Origin: Macrostomum hystrix
Lineage: Eukaryota > Animalia > Platyhelminthes
DNA length: 64,000 nucleotides
Assembly (NCBI GenBank): GCA_950097015.1
Contig: CATNEN010000039.1
Span: forward strand, 6,634,001 to 6,698,000
Direction: 5' to 3'
Part shown: piece by piece, positions 1 through 12,404 of the stretch
How positions within the stretch are numbered: position 1 is the stretch's first letter
How the letters are laid out: each line of letters opens with the position of its first letter
Position numbers and translations under genes: made by a program
The notes under the pieces: model-generated
The model's input: only the letters and a program-made list of their open reading frames with translations
The model's database searches: none
What the model was told of the DNA's origin: nothing

Positions 1-490
1 CTGTATATTGACAGCAGCGGATCTCACAGTGTTTATGATTTGCAGCATGTCTGTGTCATTTTGAATAGCTGTATACCCCTCCCATTGTGTGTCACTTCTG
101 TGTTATCCATTGCTTACTGTATATTGACAGCAGCGGATCTCACAGTGTTTATGATTTGCAGCATGTCTGTGTCATTTTGAATAGCTGTATATCTCTCCCA
201 TTGTGTGTCACTTCTGTGTTATCCACTGCGTACTGTATATTGACTGCAGCGGATCTCACAGTGTTTATGATTTGCAGCATGTCTGTGTCATTTTGAATAG
301 CTGTATATCCCTCCCATTGTGTGTCACTTCTTTGTTATCCACTGCTCACTGTATATTGACAGCAGCGGATCTCACAGTGTTTATGATTTGCAGCATGTCT
401 GTGTCATTTTGAATAGCTGTATATCCCTCCCATTGTGTGTCACTTCTGTGTTATCCACTGCGTACTGTATATTGACAGCAGCGGATCTCA
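1..490. repeat. 116-bp tandem repeat, ~4.2 copies visible, runs off the window start
   Basis: Unit ctgtatattgacagcagcggatctcacagtg... recurs at 116-bp spacing; ORFs at 87, 203 and 319 are offset by 116. Confidence 0.95.
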
Positions 491-923
491 AGGGCTACGC
501 AATAAAAAAATGCAGAAATAACTGAGTATTCGAAACCCAAACTAGATCAGTGAGTCTGGCTGTGAATGAGGCAGTGAATCAGGCTGCAGTGAATGTGAGT
601 GAGGCACATTGTACCTAATCTATGTTTCATACTCGTTGATGCACATCTTTCATTTTGAAATAAAGTAATATGCTGTAAAAATGAGTCACTACTGAAATGA
701 GACAGTCCACCCCTTTTGAGTCTAAAAGCATAATGGGTTTGACACGTTCCATGAATGTTAAATTATTTTGACAACCCCATTCCGAACCAATAAAAATTAG
801 AGTGAACATTACTTGTTGATGTCAAACTGCCACTTCATATAAAATGGGACTTCAACTGGCTTTTCAAAAAGCCAGATTTCTAATTCTCAATTAATTTCAT
901 TTTTTCTATATATAATAATTCAA

Positions 924-3900
924 ATGTCCAAACAATTTGAGTTTATAAAACAGCTGATAAGCCGCAAAGGCAAACGCTATGACGTCGCTAAGCGGCAAAA
1001 GTCGTTTGAGAAAGAGCTCGCCGCGTCTGATCGATTTCAGTCAATGGTAAGTGAAAGTGAAGAGCATACTTTTACTAATAACTGCCCTGTCTCTACCACA
1101 CTGCCCTGTCTCTACCACATTGCCCTGTCTCTACCACACTGCCCTGTCTCTACCACATTGCCCTGTCTCTACCACACTGCCCTGTCTCTACCACACTGCC
1201 CTGTCTCTACCACATTGCCCTGTCTCTACCACACTGCCCTGTCTCTACCACACTGCCCTGTCTCTACCACACTGCCCTGTCTCTACCACACTGCCCTGTC
1301 TCTACCACATTGCCCTGTCTCTACCACACTGCCCTGTCTCTACCACATTGCCCTGTCTCTACCACACTGCCCTGTCTCTACCACATTGCCCTGTCTCTAC
1401 CACACTGCCCTGTCTCTACCACACTGCCCTGTCTCTACCACACTGCCCTGTCTCTACCACACTGCCCTGTCTCTACCACACTGCCCTGTCTCTACCACAC
1501 TGCCCTGTCTCTACCACACTGCCCTGTCTCTACCACACTGCCCTGTCTCTACCACACTGCCCTGTCTCTACCACACTGCCCTGTCTCTACCACACTGCCC
1601 TGTCTCTACCACACTGCCCTGTCTCTACCACACTGCCCTGTCTCTACCACACTGCCCTGTCTCTACCACATTGCCCCGTCTCTACCACACTGCCCTGCCT
1701 CTACCACACTGCCCTGTCTCTACCACACTGCCCTGCCTCTACCACACTGCCCTGTCTCTACCACACTGCCCTGTCTCTACCACACTGCCCTGTCTCTACC
1801 ACACTGCCCTGTCTCTACCACACTGCCCTGTCTCTACCACACTGCCCTGTCTCTACCACATTGCCCTGTCTCTACCACACTGCCCTGCCTCTACTCTACC
1901 AATAACTGCAATTTCTCTACTCAGACTGATGCGTCTCAGCCCGGCTCAGCTCAGCAGCCGCCCGGCGCAGCTCAGCAGCCGCCCACCGCAGCTCAGCAGC
2001 CGCCCCTCGCAGCTCAGCAGCCGCCCACCGCAGCTCAGCAGCCACTCGCCGCAGCTCAGCAGCCGCCCACCGCAGCTCAGCAGCCGCCCCCCGCAGCTCA
2101 GCAGCCGCCCCCCGCAGCTCAGCAGCCGCCCACCGCAGCTCAGCAGCCGCCCACCGCAGCTCAGCAGCCGCCCCCCGCAGCTCAGCAGCCGCCCACCGCA
2201 GCTCAGCAGCCACTCGCCGCAGCTCAGCAGCCGCCCACCGTAGCTCAGCAGCCGCCCACCGCAGCTCAGCAGCCGCCCACCGCAGCTCAGCAGCCGCCCG
2301 CCGCAGCTCAGCAGCCCAAGTCGCGTGCCGGGCAGGAGTATATTTGCCCATTCGGTGACTGCATGCCAATCAAAGAGTCCCGCTTTAGTGAACACATCAA
2401 AAGAGCGCATATGAATCTGATCGAAGAGACAAAACAAAATCTGGCAAAGGATGGGCTTCCTGAATTTATTCTGCACAAAAGAGCCCTCCAGATTCTGCGT
2501 GCTTCTGTTAAGCTTAACACGCATCAGCTGACTGCCGGCCCAATGGCAGAGAAGGCGGTACAGTGCGAAATCTGCGGCGAGTGGCGCAACGACACAAACT
2601 TGCTGGCGAGCCACAGACGCAACAGCCACCCAGACGCAGCAAGAGCTGCAAAGGAGCAGAAGCTGACTGAGGCCAGAAGCAGAGTGCCGGCTAGACCAGC
2701 CGTGGCCGAGCACCCGTCGACAGACGACGTTGAGGCACTCTGTGCATTCTTGGCCAGCTCTCTCGGTGGGCGCAAGAAGCCGGCAACGGTACGCGAAATT
2801 CGTTGCTACCTGAAGCGGCTGATGCGCTCACTTGACATCGACTCATTTAACTCACTGGTCATCGAAGACCAGCGCGACCGAATCAGCGCGTATTTGGATA
2901 ACCTTTCCTACTCGATGCTCAAGCAGAGCGTCTCTGCGCTGGAAAAAGTCGGCAACTTTATGGTCACCCGACGCTATCAACAAGTGATTGAGGATGGGCT
3001 GCTGCAGCATTTAACATCATACAGGCAGTCGACAAAGAATTGGACTGCTAGTTCCATGGGTCCCAAGGCAAAATATTACGCGGACCTGATGGACCGGAAG
3101 GAAGAAGAGCTCATGACCGGCGACCAAATTAAGGCCGTCTTCGAGATGAAGACCACCGTCCTGGAGGAGGCTAGGCGCACAAAAGACCGGTGAGTTCTTA
3201 TAATCTTTAAAGTGGCACTTAGATTTTGAAGTGGCACTTAGATTTTGAAGTGGCACTTAGATTTTGAAGTGGCACTTAGATTTTGAAGTGGCACTTAGAT
3301 TTTAAAGTGGCACTTAGATTTTGAAGTGGCACTTAGATTTTGAAGTGGCACTTAGATTTTAAAGTGGCACTTAGATTTTGAAGTGGCACTTAGATTTTGA
3401 AGTGGCACTTAGATTTTGAAGTGGCACTTAGATTTTAAAGTGGCACTTAGATATTGAAGTGGCACTTAGATTTTAAAGTGGCACTTAGATTTTGAAGTGG
3501 CACCTAATCTTTGAAATGGCACCTAATCTTTGAAATGGCACCTAATCTTTGAAATGGCACCTAATCTTTGAAATGGCACTTAATCATGGGATGAAAAAAT
3601 CTTGGCCTCAACATTGACACAGGACGGTGACATTCCTGGCCATCGGGATGTGTATTTGTTTCGGCGATGGAAACGCCAACCGGCAGGGCGTGGCCTCCGC
3701 CTGCAAAATTTCGGACGCACGCCGGTGGCTGAAGTCGCCGAATGAGCCTCTCAAAGTTAAAGAACACAAATCAAATGAGGGCCACGGCTCAGCGTGGGCA
3801 AGTGTAACGCCGTGCGCAGACCTGGTGATGCAGGTCCTGGCGCAACGATTTGCGGAGAGCCCGAGCGACGACGCTCCGGCGTTTCTATTCCCGTACGGCT

Positions 3901-5950
3901 CTTTCGACCGCCTATTTTACCAGTATAGAAAAAGATACTCACCGCTGCTGCACAATGTCACTGTTTCTAAATTCCGCGAGTGGCTGGAAACGATGGGTCT
4001 GGAATCCGCCACGGCGGAAGAACAGCGCTTGATGGCAGACCATCAAAATCACACCGAAGGAGTGCAGCGCCGATTTTACCAGGTAAGATTTACTCAAGTT
4101 ATCTATAAAATCGCTTCACGAACTAGGAATTTCTCAAGCTGGAAGCTTTAATACATATATACTTGCTTTAGCAATAGCTTCACTTTCACTCTTTGAAAAG
4201 CTTCACTGTATAGTATTTTTTGAGAAATTTAGTGTTTATGAAACAAAAGAGTCCAAATAAGAATGTATTGTTAAAATTAAGTTTGCTTTTATTATTATTA
4301 ACCTTTTTATCCCACCACTTTGCTAATCAGACCCAGACTAAGAAAAGAAGAGAGAAGGGCCGCCAGCTCACAAAGCGACTGGTCACAGAGGGCGCCGGCG
4401 TGCGTGAAGAGGACGTAAACGCCAAGGCTCCGCTACTCGGCAACGACCTGCAATCGGCTGCTGGCAGCTTAGCGAGCAGAATTAACTGCGCCGCCAGTGA
4501 GTGCATTATTGTTAAATAAGCTTTGTGAATTGAGATTTTGATGAATTGTGACCTCAGTGAATTTGGTCAATTTGGCCAAGTGAATCAGGACCTCAGGGAG
4601 TCAGGACATAAGGGAATCGAAACCTGTATGCTTGTATGCCAAGTCGCAGTGTCGGTGCTATAAAGAAAGTAGCACCGACTTTCTATATTTTATTTTTTTA
4701 ATATAATGGGTGCAGAGGCTATAACAATTATATAAATACATTATCAAATATGACACCGTTTTTTAGCTGCCGCCGGCGGTATTCGCAGAAAGCCAGCCAC
4801 TACCGCATCCGCAAAAGCCAAAGCCAAGCCGTGCCGGTGGCAGAAAACAACCGACGCTTCGGTGGCTGGTCCGAAGGCGAAACGGCCGAGTGCCGGCGCC
4901 GTTCTGCCTGAGAATGCTGCTGCTGGCGCCGTTCTGCCTGAGAATGCTGCTGCTGGCGCCGTTCTGCCTGAGAATGCTGCTGCTGGCGCCGTTCTGCCTG
5001 AGAATGCTGCTGCTGGCGCCGTTCTGCCTGAGAATGCTGCTGCTGGCGCCGTTCTGCCTGGGAATGCTGCTGCCGGCGCCGTTCTGCCTGAGAATGCTGC
5101 TGCTGGCGACTTTCTCGACAGCTTGACAAATCTGTCGTTCTCTTCTTCGCTGGCAGATTTTAACCAAGAGCTGCTTGAGGAATTGTACAGCTCGGCTGCG
5201 GGCTCCTCTGGCGTCGCTGGCGCTGATCTGCCCGCGGAGTCGGCTGCGGGCTCCTCTGGCGTCGCTGGCGCTGATCTGCCCACGGAGTCGGCTGCAGGCT
5301 CCTCTGGCGTCGCTGGCGCTGATCTGCCCGCGGAGTCGGCTGCGGGCTCCTCTGGCGTCGCTGGCGCTGATCTGCCCACGGAGTCGGCTGCGGGCTCCTC
5401 TGGCGTCGCTGGCGCTGATCTGCCCGCGGAGTCGGTTGCGGGCTCCTCTGGCGTCGCTGGCGCTGATCTGCCCACGGAGTCGGCTGCGGGCTCCTCTGGC
5501 GTCGCTGGCGCTGATTTGCCCGCGGAGTCGGTTGCGGGCTCCTCTGGCGTCGCTGGCGCTGATCTACCCGCGGAGTCGGCTGCGGGCGCAACCCGCAAAA
5601 GGCGGCTGCCACCAGCTGCCGACCAATCCTGCAAACGGCAGAAACTGGAGCCTGGCACGCTGGTGCTAGGGTACTGGCCGACCAATGGCGAATGTTGGTG
5701 GCCAGCAATGGTTTGTCTGCCACGACGCGGTTCGAGATGCACAAGAGGAGTGAGCATGATACATGTGCATGTGCAATTTTTCGACGCCCCACCGTCAAGT
5801 GCGTGGTTGCACCAGTGGCGGTTCGTGGAAAATTCAATGGCAGCACCACGAGGCGCATCACAAGAGCTGAGAGAAGCCTTCGAGCAAATGGCAGCTGCTT
5901 CAAAAATAAGTGCTGAAGACCGTATTGACAGATTCCTGAACTCTGTGTAA
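924..5950 (+). CDS. Spliced C2H2 zinc finger + tyrosine recombinase + PWWP domain protein (~1065 aa)
   Basis: Exons 924-1046, 1925-3189, 3623-4082, 4331-4496, 4767-5950. All introns are GT-AG with compatible phases (0,2,0,1); total 3198 nt open. C2H2 fingers: CPFGDC..HIKRAH and CEIC..HRRNSH. YR motifs: NANRQG, VKEHKS, SKFR, QNHT..RRFYQ. PWWP: PGTLVLGYW..CWWPAMV..VHVQFFDAPPSSAWL. Confidence 0.85.
1082..1895. repeat. 19-bp minisatellite (ctgccctgtctctaccaca) in intron 1 of the YR-PWWP gene
   Basis: About 42 near-identical units; all three + frames give the same 19-aa repeat. Confidence 0.95.
1935..2316 (+). repeat. Coding 21-bp repeat (AAQQPPT/P)
   Basis: gcagctcagcagccgcccacc units, in frame within exon 2. 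Confidence 0.9.
3206..3582. repeat. 19-bp minisatellite (gtggcacttagattttgaa) in intron 2
   Basis: About 19 units; the last few are the variant tggcacctaatctttgaaa. Confidence 0.95.
4890..5587 (+). repeat. Coding 30-bp (AGAVLPENAA) and 48-bp (SAAGSSGVAGADLPAE) repeats
   Basis: In-frame tandem repeats at ~4890-5107 and ~5192-5587, between the YR and PWWP domains. Confidence 0.9.
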
Positions 5951-6547
5951 CTTTCTACGCTTAATTAGGCCAAAAAACGAAGGCAGCAGATTCTGATCGA
6001 TTCAAAGAGGGTGATTATAGGAAGACAGTTCTAGGAGAGTGATCGAAAGCAGATTGGGCAAGCTCAATTTAATGCATAGCAGCGGTGCCAACACCTGTGC
6101 TGCGCGGTTTTTTCTCTGTTGCACTTTTTCTGCGCTTTTGTACTATTTCAACATGCTATTAAAACTATTTTCTAACTTGTGAAACATGTCAATATAATAT
6201 AATATTTGAAACTTGTAACTGAAAATTCGTATGCACATAAAATATAATTTGAAAATGTGAAAATAAAGTAAATAATAAATTTATATATATAACTGAAATA
6301 GCTGGACTTGTGTCTAATACGATTGACCTCAAACCCTTTAAAGCTGCGACCGAAATATTTTCCCATTTCTACTATTAGTAGCTTATAATGCAAAATTTAC
6401 AGTTTCTTTGCAAAACTTTTATGTGTCATATTTCGAAATATTCTGGTCGGATATATTTTTTTGGAGTGTCATATCTGTGATGTGGCCTGTCGGGTATCCC
6501 CTACGATGTGCGTCATTTCTTTGTTTCGTGTCATCACCGCTAACATA

Positions 6548-9500
6548 GGGGATCATTGTCAACTGGGGGTTCATTGTCAACTGGGGGATCATTGTCAACT
6601 GGGGGATCATTGTCAACTGGGGGATCATCATCAACTGTGGGATCATTGTCAACCGGCGGGATCATTGTCAACTGGGGGATCATTGTCAACTGGGGGATCA
6701 TTGTATACTGTGGGATCATTGTCAACTGGGGGATCATTGTCAACTGGGGGATCATTGTCAACTGGGGGATCATTGTCAACTAGGGGTTCATTGTCAACTG
6801 GGGGATCATTGTCAACTGGGGGATCATTGTCAACTGGGGGATCATCATCAACTGGGGGATCATTGTCAACTGGGGGATCATCATCAATAGGGAGACTTCA
6901 TCAACTGGGGGATCATTGTGAACTGGGGGATCTTTGTTAACTGGGGGATCATTGTCAACTGGGGGATCATCATCAACTGTGGGATCATTGTCAACCGGCG
7001 GGATCATTGTCAACTGAGGGATCATTGTCAACTGGGGGATCATTGTCAACTGGGTGATCATCATCAACTGGGGGATCATTGTCAACTGGGGGAACATTGT
7101 CAACTGGAGGAACATTGTTAACTAGGGATCATCATCAATGGGGAGACTTCATCAACTGGGGGATCATTGTGAACTGGGGGATCTTTGTTAACTGGGGGAT
7201 CATTGTCAACTGGGGGATCATTGTCAACTGGGGGATCATTGTCAACTGGGGGGTCATTGTGAACTGAGAGATCATTGTCAACTGGGGGGTAATGGTCAAC
7301 TGGGGGATAATTGTCAACTGGGGAATCATCATCAACTGGGGAGCATCATCAACTGGGGGATCATTGAGAACTGGGGGATCATTGTCAAATGGGGGATCAT
7401 TGTGAACTGGGGGATCTTTGTCAACTGGGGGATCATTGTATACTGTGGGATCATTGTCAACTGGGGGATCATTGTCAACTGGGGGATCATTGTCAACTGG
7501 GGGATCGTTGTCAACTGGGGGTTCATTGTCAACTGGGGGATCATTGTCAACTGGGGGTTCATTGTCAACTGGGGGATCATTGTCAACTGGGGGATCATTG
7601 TCAACTGGGGGATCATCATCAACTGTGGGATCATTGTCAACCGGCGGGATCATTGTCAACTGGGGGATCATTGTCAACTGGGGGATCATTGTATACTGTG
7701 GGATCATTGTCAACTGGGGGATCATTGTCAACTGGGGGATCATTGTCAACTGGGGGATCATTGTCAACTGGGGGTTCATTGTCAACTGGGGGATCATTGT
7801 CAACTGGGGGATCATTGTCAACTGGGGGATCATCATCAACTGGGGGATCATTGTCAACTGGGGGATCATCATCAACTGTGGGATCATTGTCAACCGGCGG
7901 GATCATTGTCAACTGGGGGATCATTGTCAACTGGGGGATCATTGTCAACTGGGTGATCATCATCAACTGGGGGATCATTGTCAACTGGGGGAACATTGTC
8001 AACTGGAGGAACATTGTTAACTAGGGATCATCATCAATAGGGAGACTTCATCAACTGGGGGATCATTGTGAACTGGGGGATCTTTGTTAACTGGGGGATC
8101 ATTGTCAACTCGGGGATCATTCTCAACTGGGGGATCATTGTCAACTGGGGGATCATTCTCAACTGGGGGATCATTGTCAACTGGGGGATCATTGTCAACT
8201 GGGGGATCATTGTCAACTGGGGGATCATTGTCAACTGGGGGATCGTTGTCAACTGGGGGTTCATTGTCAACTGGGGGATCATTGTCAACTGGGGGTTCAT
8301 TGTCAACTGGGGGATCATTGTCAACTGGGGGATCATTGTCAACTGGGGGATCATCATCAACTGTGGGATCATTGTCAACCGGCGGGATCATTGTCAACTG
8401 GGGGATCATTGTCAACTGGGGGATCATTGTATACTGTGGGATCATTGTCAACTGGGGGATCATTGTCAACTGGGGGATCATTGTCAACTGGGGGATCATT
8501 GTCAACTAGGGGTTCATTGTCAACTGGGGGATCATTGTCAACTGGGGGATCATTGTCAACTGGGGGATCATCATCAACTGGGGGATCATTGTCAACTGGG
8601 GGATCATCATCAACTGTGGGATCATTGTCAACCGGCGGGATCATTGTCAACTGGGGGATCATTGTCAACTGGGGGATCATTGTCAACTGGGTGATCATCA
8701 TCAACTGGGGGATCATTGTCAACTGGGGGAACATTGTCAACTGGAGGAACATTGTTAACTAGGGATCATCATCAATGGGGAGACTTCATCAACTGGGGGA
8801 TCATTGTGAACTGGGGGATCTTTGTTAACTGGGGGATCATTGTCAACTCGGGGATCATTCTCAACTGGGGGATCATTGTCAACTGGGGGATCATTCTCAA
8901 CTGGGGGATCATTGTCAACTGGGGGATCATTTTCAACTGGGGAATCATCATCAACTGGGGGATCATTGTCAACTGGGGGATCATTGTCAACTGGGGGATC
9001 ATTGTCAACTGGGGGATCATTGTCAACTGGGTGATCATCATCAACTGGGGGATCATTGTCAACTGGGGGAACATTGTCAAATGGAGGAACATTGTTAACT
9101 GGGGATCATCATCAATGGGGAGACTTCATCAACTGGGGGATCATTGTGAACTGGGGGATCTTTGTTAACTGGGGGATCATTGTCAACTGGGGGATCATTG
9201 TCAACTGGGGGATCATTGTCAACTGGGGGATCATTTTCAACTGGGGGATCATCATCAACTGGGGGATCATTATCAACTGGGTGATCATTGTGAACTGGGG
9301 GATCTTTGTCAACTGGGGGATCATTGTCAACTGTGGGATCATTGTCAACTGGGGGATCATTGTCAACTGGGGGATCATCATCAACTGGGGGATCATCATC
9401 AACTGGGTGATCATTGTGAACTGGGGGATCATTGTCAACTGGGGGTTCATTGTCAACTGTGGGATCATTGTCAACCGGCGGGATCATTGTCAACTGTGGG

Positions 9501-10204
9501 ATCATTGTCAACTGGGGGATCGTTGTCAACTGGGTGATCATCATCAACTGGGGGATCATTGTCAACTGGGGGAACATTGTCAACTGGAGGAACATTGTTA
9601 ACTAGGGATCATCATCAATGGGGAGACTTCATCAACTGGGGGATCATTGTGAACTGGGGGATCTTTGTTAACTGGGGGATCATTGTCAACTGGGGGATCA
9701 TTCTCAACTGGGGGATCATTTTCAACTGGGGGATCATCATCAACTGGGGGATCATTGTCAACTGGGGGATCATTGTCAACTGGGGGATCATTGTCAACTG
9801 GGGGATCATTGTCAACTGGGTGATCATCATCAACTGGGGGATCATTGATAACTGGGGGAACATTGTCAACTGGAGGAACATTGTTAACTGGGGATCATCA
9901 TCAATAGGGAGACTTCATCAACTGGGGGATCATTGTGAATTGGGGGATCTTTGTTAACTGGGGGATCATTGTTAACTGGGGGATCATTCTCAACTGGGGG
10001 ATCATTGTCAACTGGGGGATCATTCTCAACTGGGGGATCATCATAAACTGGGGGATCATCATCAACTGGGGGATCATTGTGAACTGGGGGATCTTTGTCA
10101 ACTGGGGGATCATTGTCAACTGGGGGTTCATTGTCAACTGGGGGTTCATTGTCAACTGGGGGATCATTGTCAACTGGGGGATCATTGTCAACTGGGGGTT
10201 CATA
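6548..10204. repeat. 18-bp minisatellite (gggggatcattgtcaact), block 1
   Basis: About 200 units with recurring variant blocks. Confidence 0.97.
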
Positions 10205-10299
10205 GTAGCTTTAAAAAGCTGTAAATTCAGCTTCTAAAAAGTCTATACTAGACGAATTAAAAGTATTTCTGCTCCCCGAAGGGGGGCAAATCTTGCTAG
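6548..10299 (+). mobile_element. 5'-truncated non-autonomous Helitron-like element (18-bp array + 3' end)
   Basis: Ends in hairpin gctccccgaaggggggc (10271-10287), then CTAG (10296-10299). The last ~95 bp are nearly identical to 14111-14204. No 5' end found upstream of 6548. Confidence 0.7.
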
Positions 10300-10911
10300 T
10301 CCACTATACTAAAAATGAAATGCTTGCTTGCTTGCTTGCTTGGTTGCTTGCTTGTAATTGATTTTCTCCCGAACGGCTCAACCAATTTTCACCATTTCTT
10401 TACCAAAAGATGCCAAATATGGGGACAATTTTACACGTATTTTTATTAAGCTTAACTTTATTGCTAAAGGGATTAAATATTCGAAAAACATGATTTTTTA
10501 AAGGTCAAACCATCTTGGCCTATTGAGAATTTTACTCACTGCCACTGAATTAGAATTGCATCGTAAAATTGCGCAACAACCCCTAGCTGATTGAATTTGA
10601 AGCCTGCTCTCTGGAGACAAATTTGAAATAAATGTACACAACCAACCGCGAGACTGAGTGTACTCTATTTTCTCACTTCATTGTACAAAGCCAGAACTTT
10701 GAAAATTAATTTTATAAGGCTGTTTTTTGCACCCACTAACCAACAGTCGGAATAGCCGATGTGTAGGCACTAGGAATAAGTTAGGCTAGGCTAGGGTTCG
10801 ATTCTGCACTGCGTCAAATCATTTAGACTAATTTTCAGCCAGTAGTGATTGAAGACTATTTTAATTTATTTTTTTCATTTCGTAAATAAAATATCATAAA
10901 TCATAGCACAC

Positions 10912-12395
10912 CGGCTAAACCAGAGTTTGAATCATGGCTAAACCAGAGTTTGAATCATGGCTAAACCAGAGTTTGAATCACGGCTAAACCAGAGTCCGAA
11001 TCATGGCTATAGCAGAGTCTGAATCATTGCTAAACTAGAGTCTGAATCATGGCTAAACCAGAGTCTGAATCATGGCTAAAGCAGAGTTTGAATCATGGCT
11101 AAACCAGAGTCCGAATCATGGCTAAACCAGAGTTTGAATCATTGCTAAACTAGAGTCTGAATCATGGCTAAACCAGAGTCTGAATCATGGCTAAAGCAGA
11201 GTTTGAATCATGGCTAAACCAGAGTCCGAATCATGGCTAAAAAAGAGTTTGAATCATGGCTAAACCAGAGTCCGAATCATGGCTAAACCAGAGTTTGAAT
11301 CATGGCTAAACCAGAGTTTGAAACATGGCTAAATCAGAGTTTGAATCATGGCAAAACCAGCGTCTGAATCATGGCTAAACCAGAGTCTGAATCATGGCTA
11401 AACCAGAGTTTAAATCATGGCAAAACCCGAGTTTGAATCATGGCTAAACCAGAGTTTGAATCATGGCTAAACCAGCGTCTGAACCATAGCTAAACCAGCG
11501 TCTGAATCATGGCTAAACCAGCGTCTGAACCATAGCTAAACTAGCGTCTGAATCATGGCTAAACCAGCGTCTGAATCATGGCTAAACCAGAGTCCGAATC
11601 ATGGCTAAACCAGAGTTTGAATCATGGCTAAACCAGAGTCTGAATCATTGCTAAACCAGAGTCTGAATCATTGCTAAACCAGAGTCTGAATCATGGCTAA
11701 ACCAGAGTTTGAATCATGGCTAAACCAGAGTCCGAATCATGGCTAAACCAGAGTTTGAATCATGGCTAAACCAGAGTCTGAATCATGGCTAAACCAGAGT
11801 TTGAATCATGGCTAAACCAGAGTTTGAATCATGGCTAAACCAGAGTTTGAAACATGGCTAAAGCAGAGTTTGAATCATGGCTAAACCAGCGTCTGAATCA
11901 TGGCTAAACCAGCGTCTGAATCATGGCTAAACCAGAGTCTGAATCATGGCTAAACCAGAGTTTGAATCATGGCTAAACCAGAGTCTGAATCATGGCTAAA
12001 CCAGAGTTTGAATCATGGCTAAACCAGAGTTTGAATCATGGCTAAACCAGAGTCTGAATCATGGCTAAAGCAGAGTTTAAATTATGGCTAAACCAGAGTT
12101 TGAATCATGGCTACACCAGAGTTTGAATCATGGCTACACCAGAGTTTGAATCATGGCTAAAGCAGAGTTTAAATTATGGCTAAACCAGAGTTTGAATCAT
12201 GGCTACACCAGAGTTTGAATCATGGCTAAAGCAGACTTTAAATCATCACAGCGTCTGAATCATGGCTAAACCAGAGTTTGAATCATGGCTACATTAGAGT
12301 TTGAATCATGGTAAAACGAGAGTTTGAATCATAGCCCACCAGGGTTTAAAACATGGCGAAACCTGAGTTTGAATCTTGGCTAACCCCGCGTTTGA
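10912..12395. repeat. 23-bp minisatellite (gaatcatggctaaaccagagttt)
   Basis: About 60 units, degenerating at the right edge. Confidence 0.97.
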
Positions 12396-12404
12396 AAAAT
12401 CAAC

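Noticed and set aside
924-2243. 439-aa and 284-aa ALSLPHCPVSTT ORFs
   Set aside because: Read-through of a 19-bp intronic array; the real exon ends at the donor at 1047.
4744-5903. Minus-strand 337-aa and 247-aa ORFs
   Set aside because: Antisense to the repeat-rich PWWP exon; no independent features.
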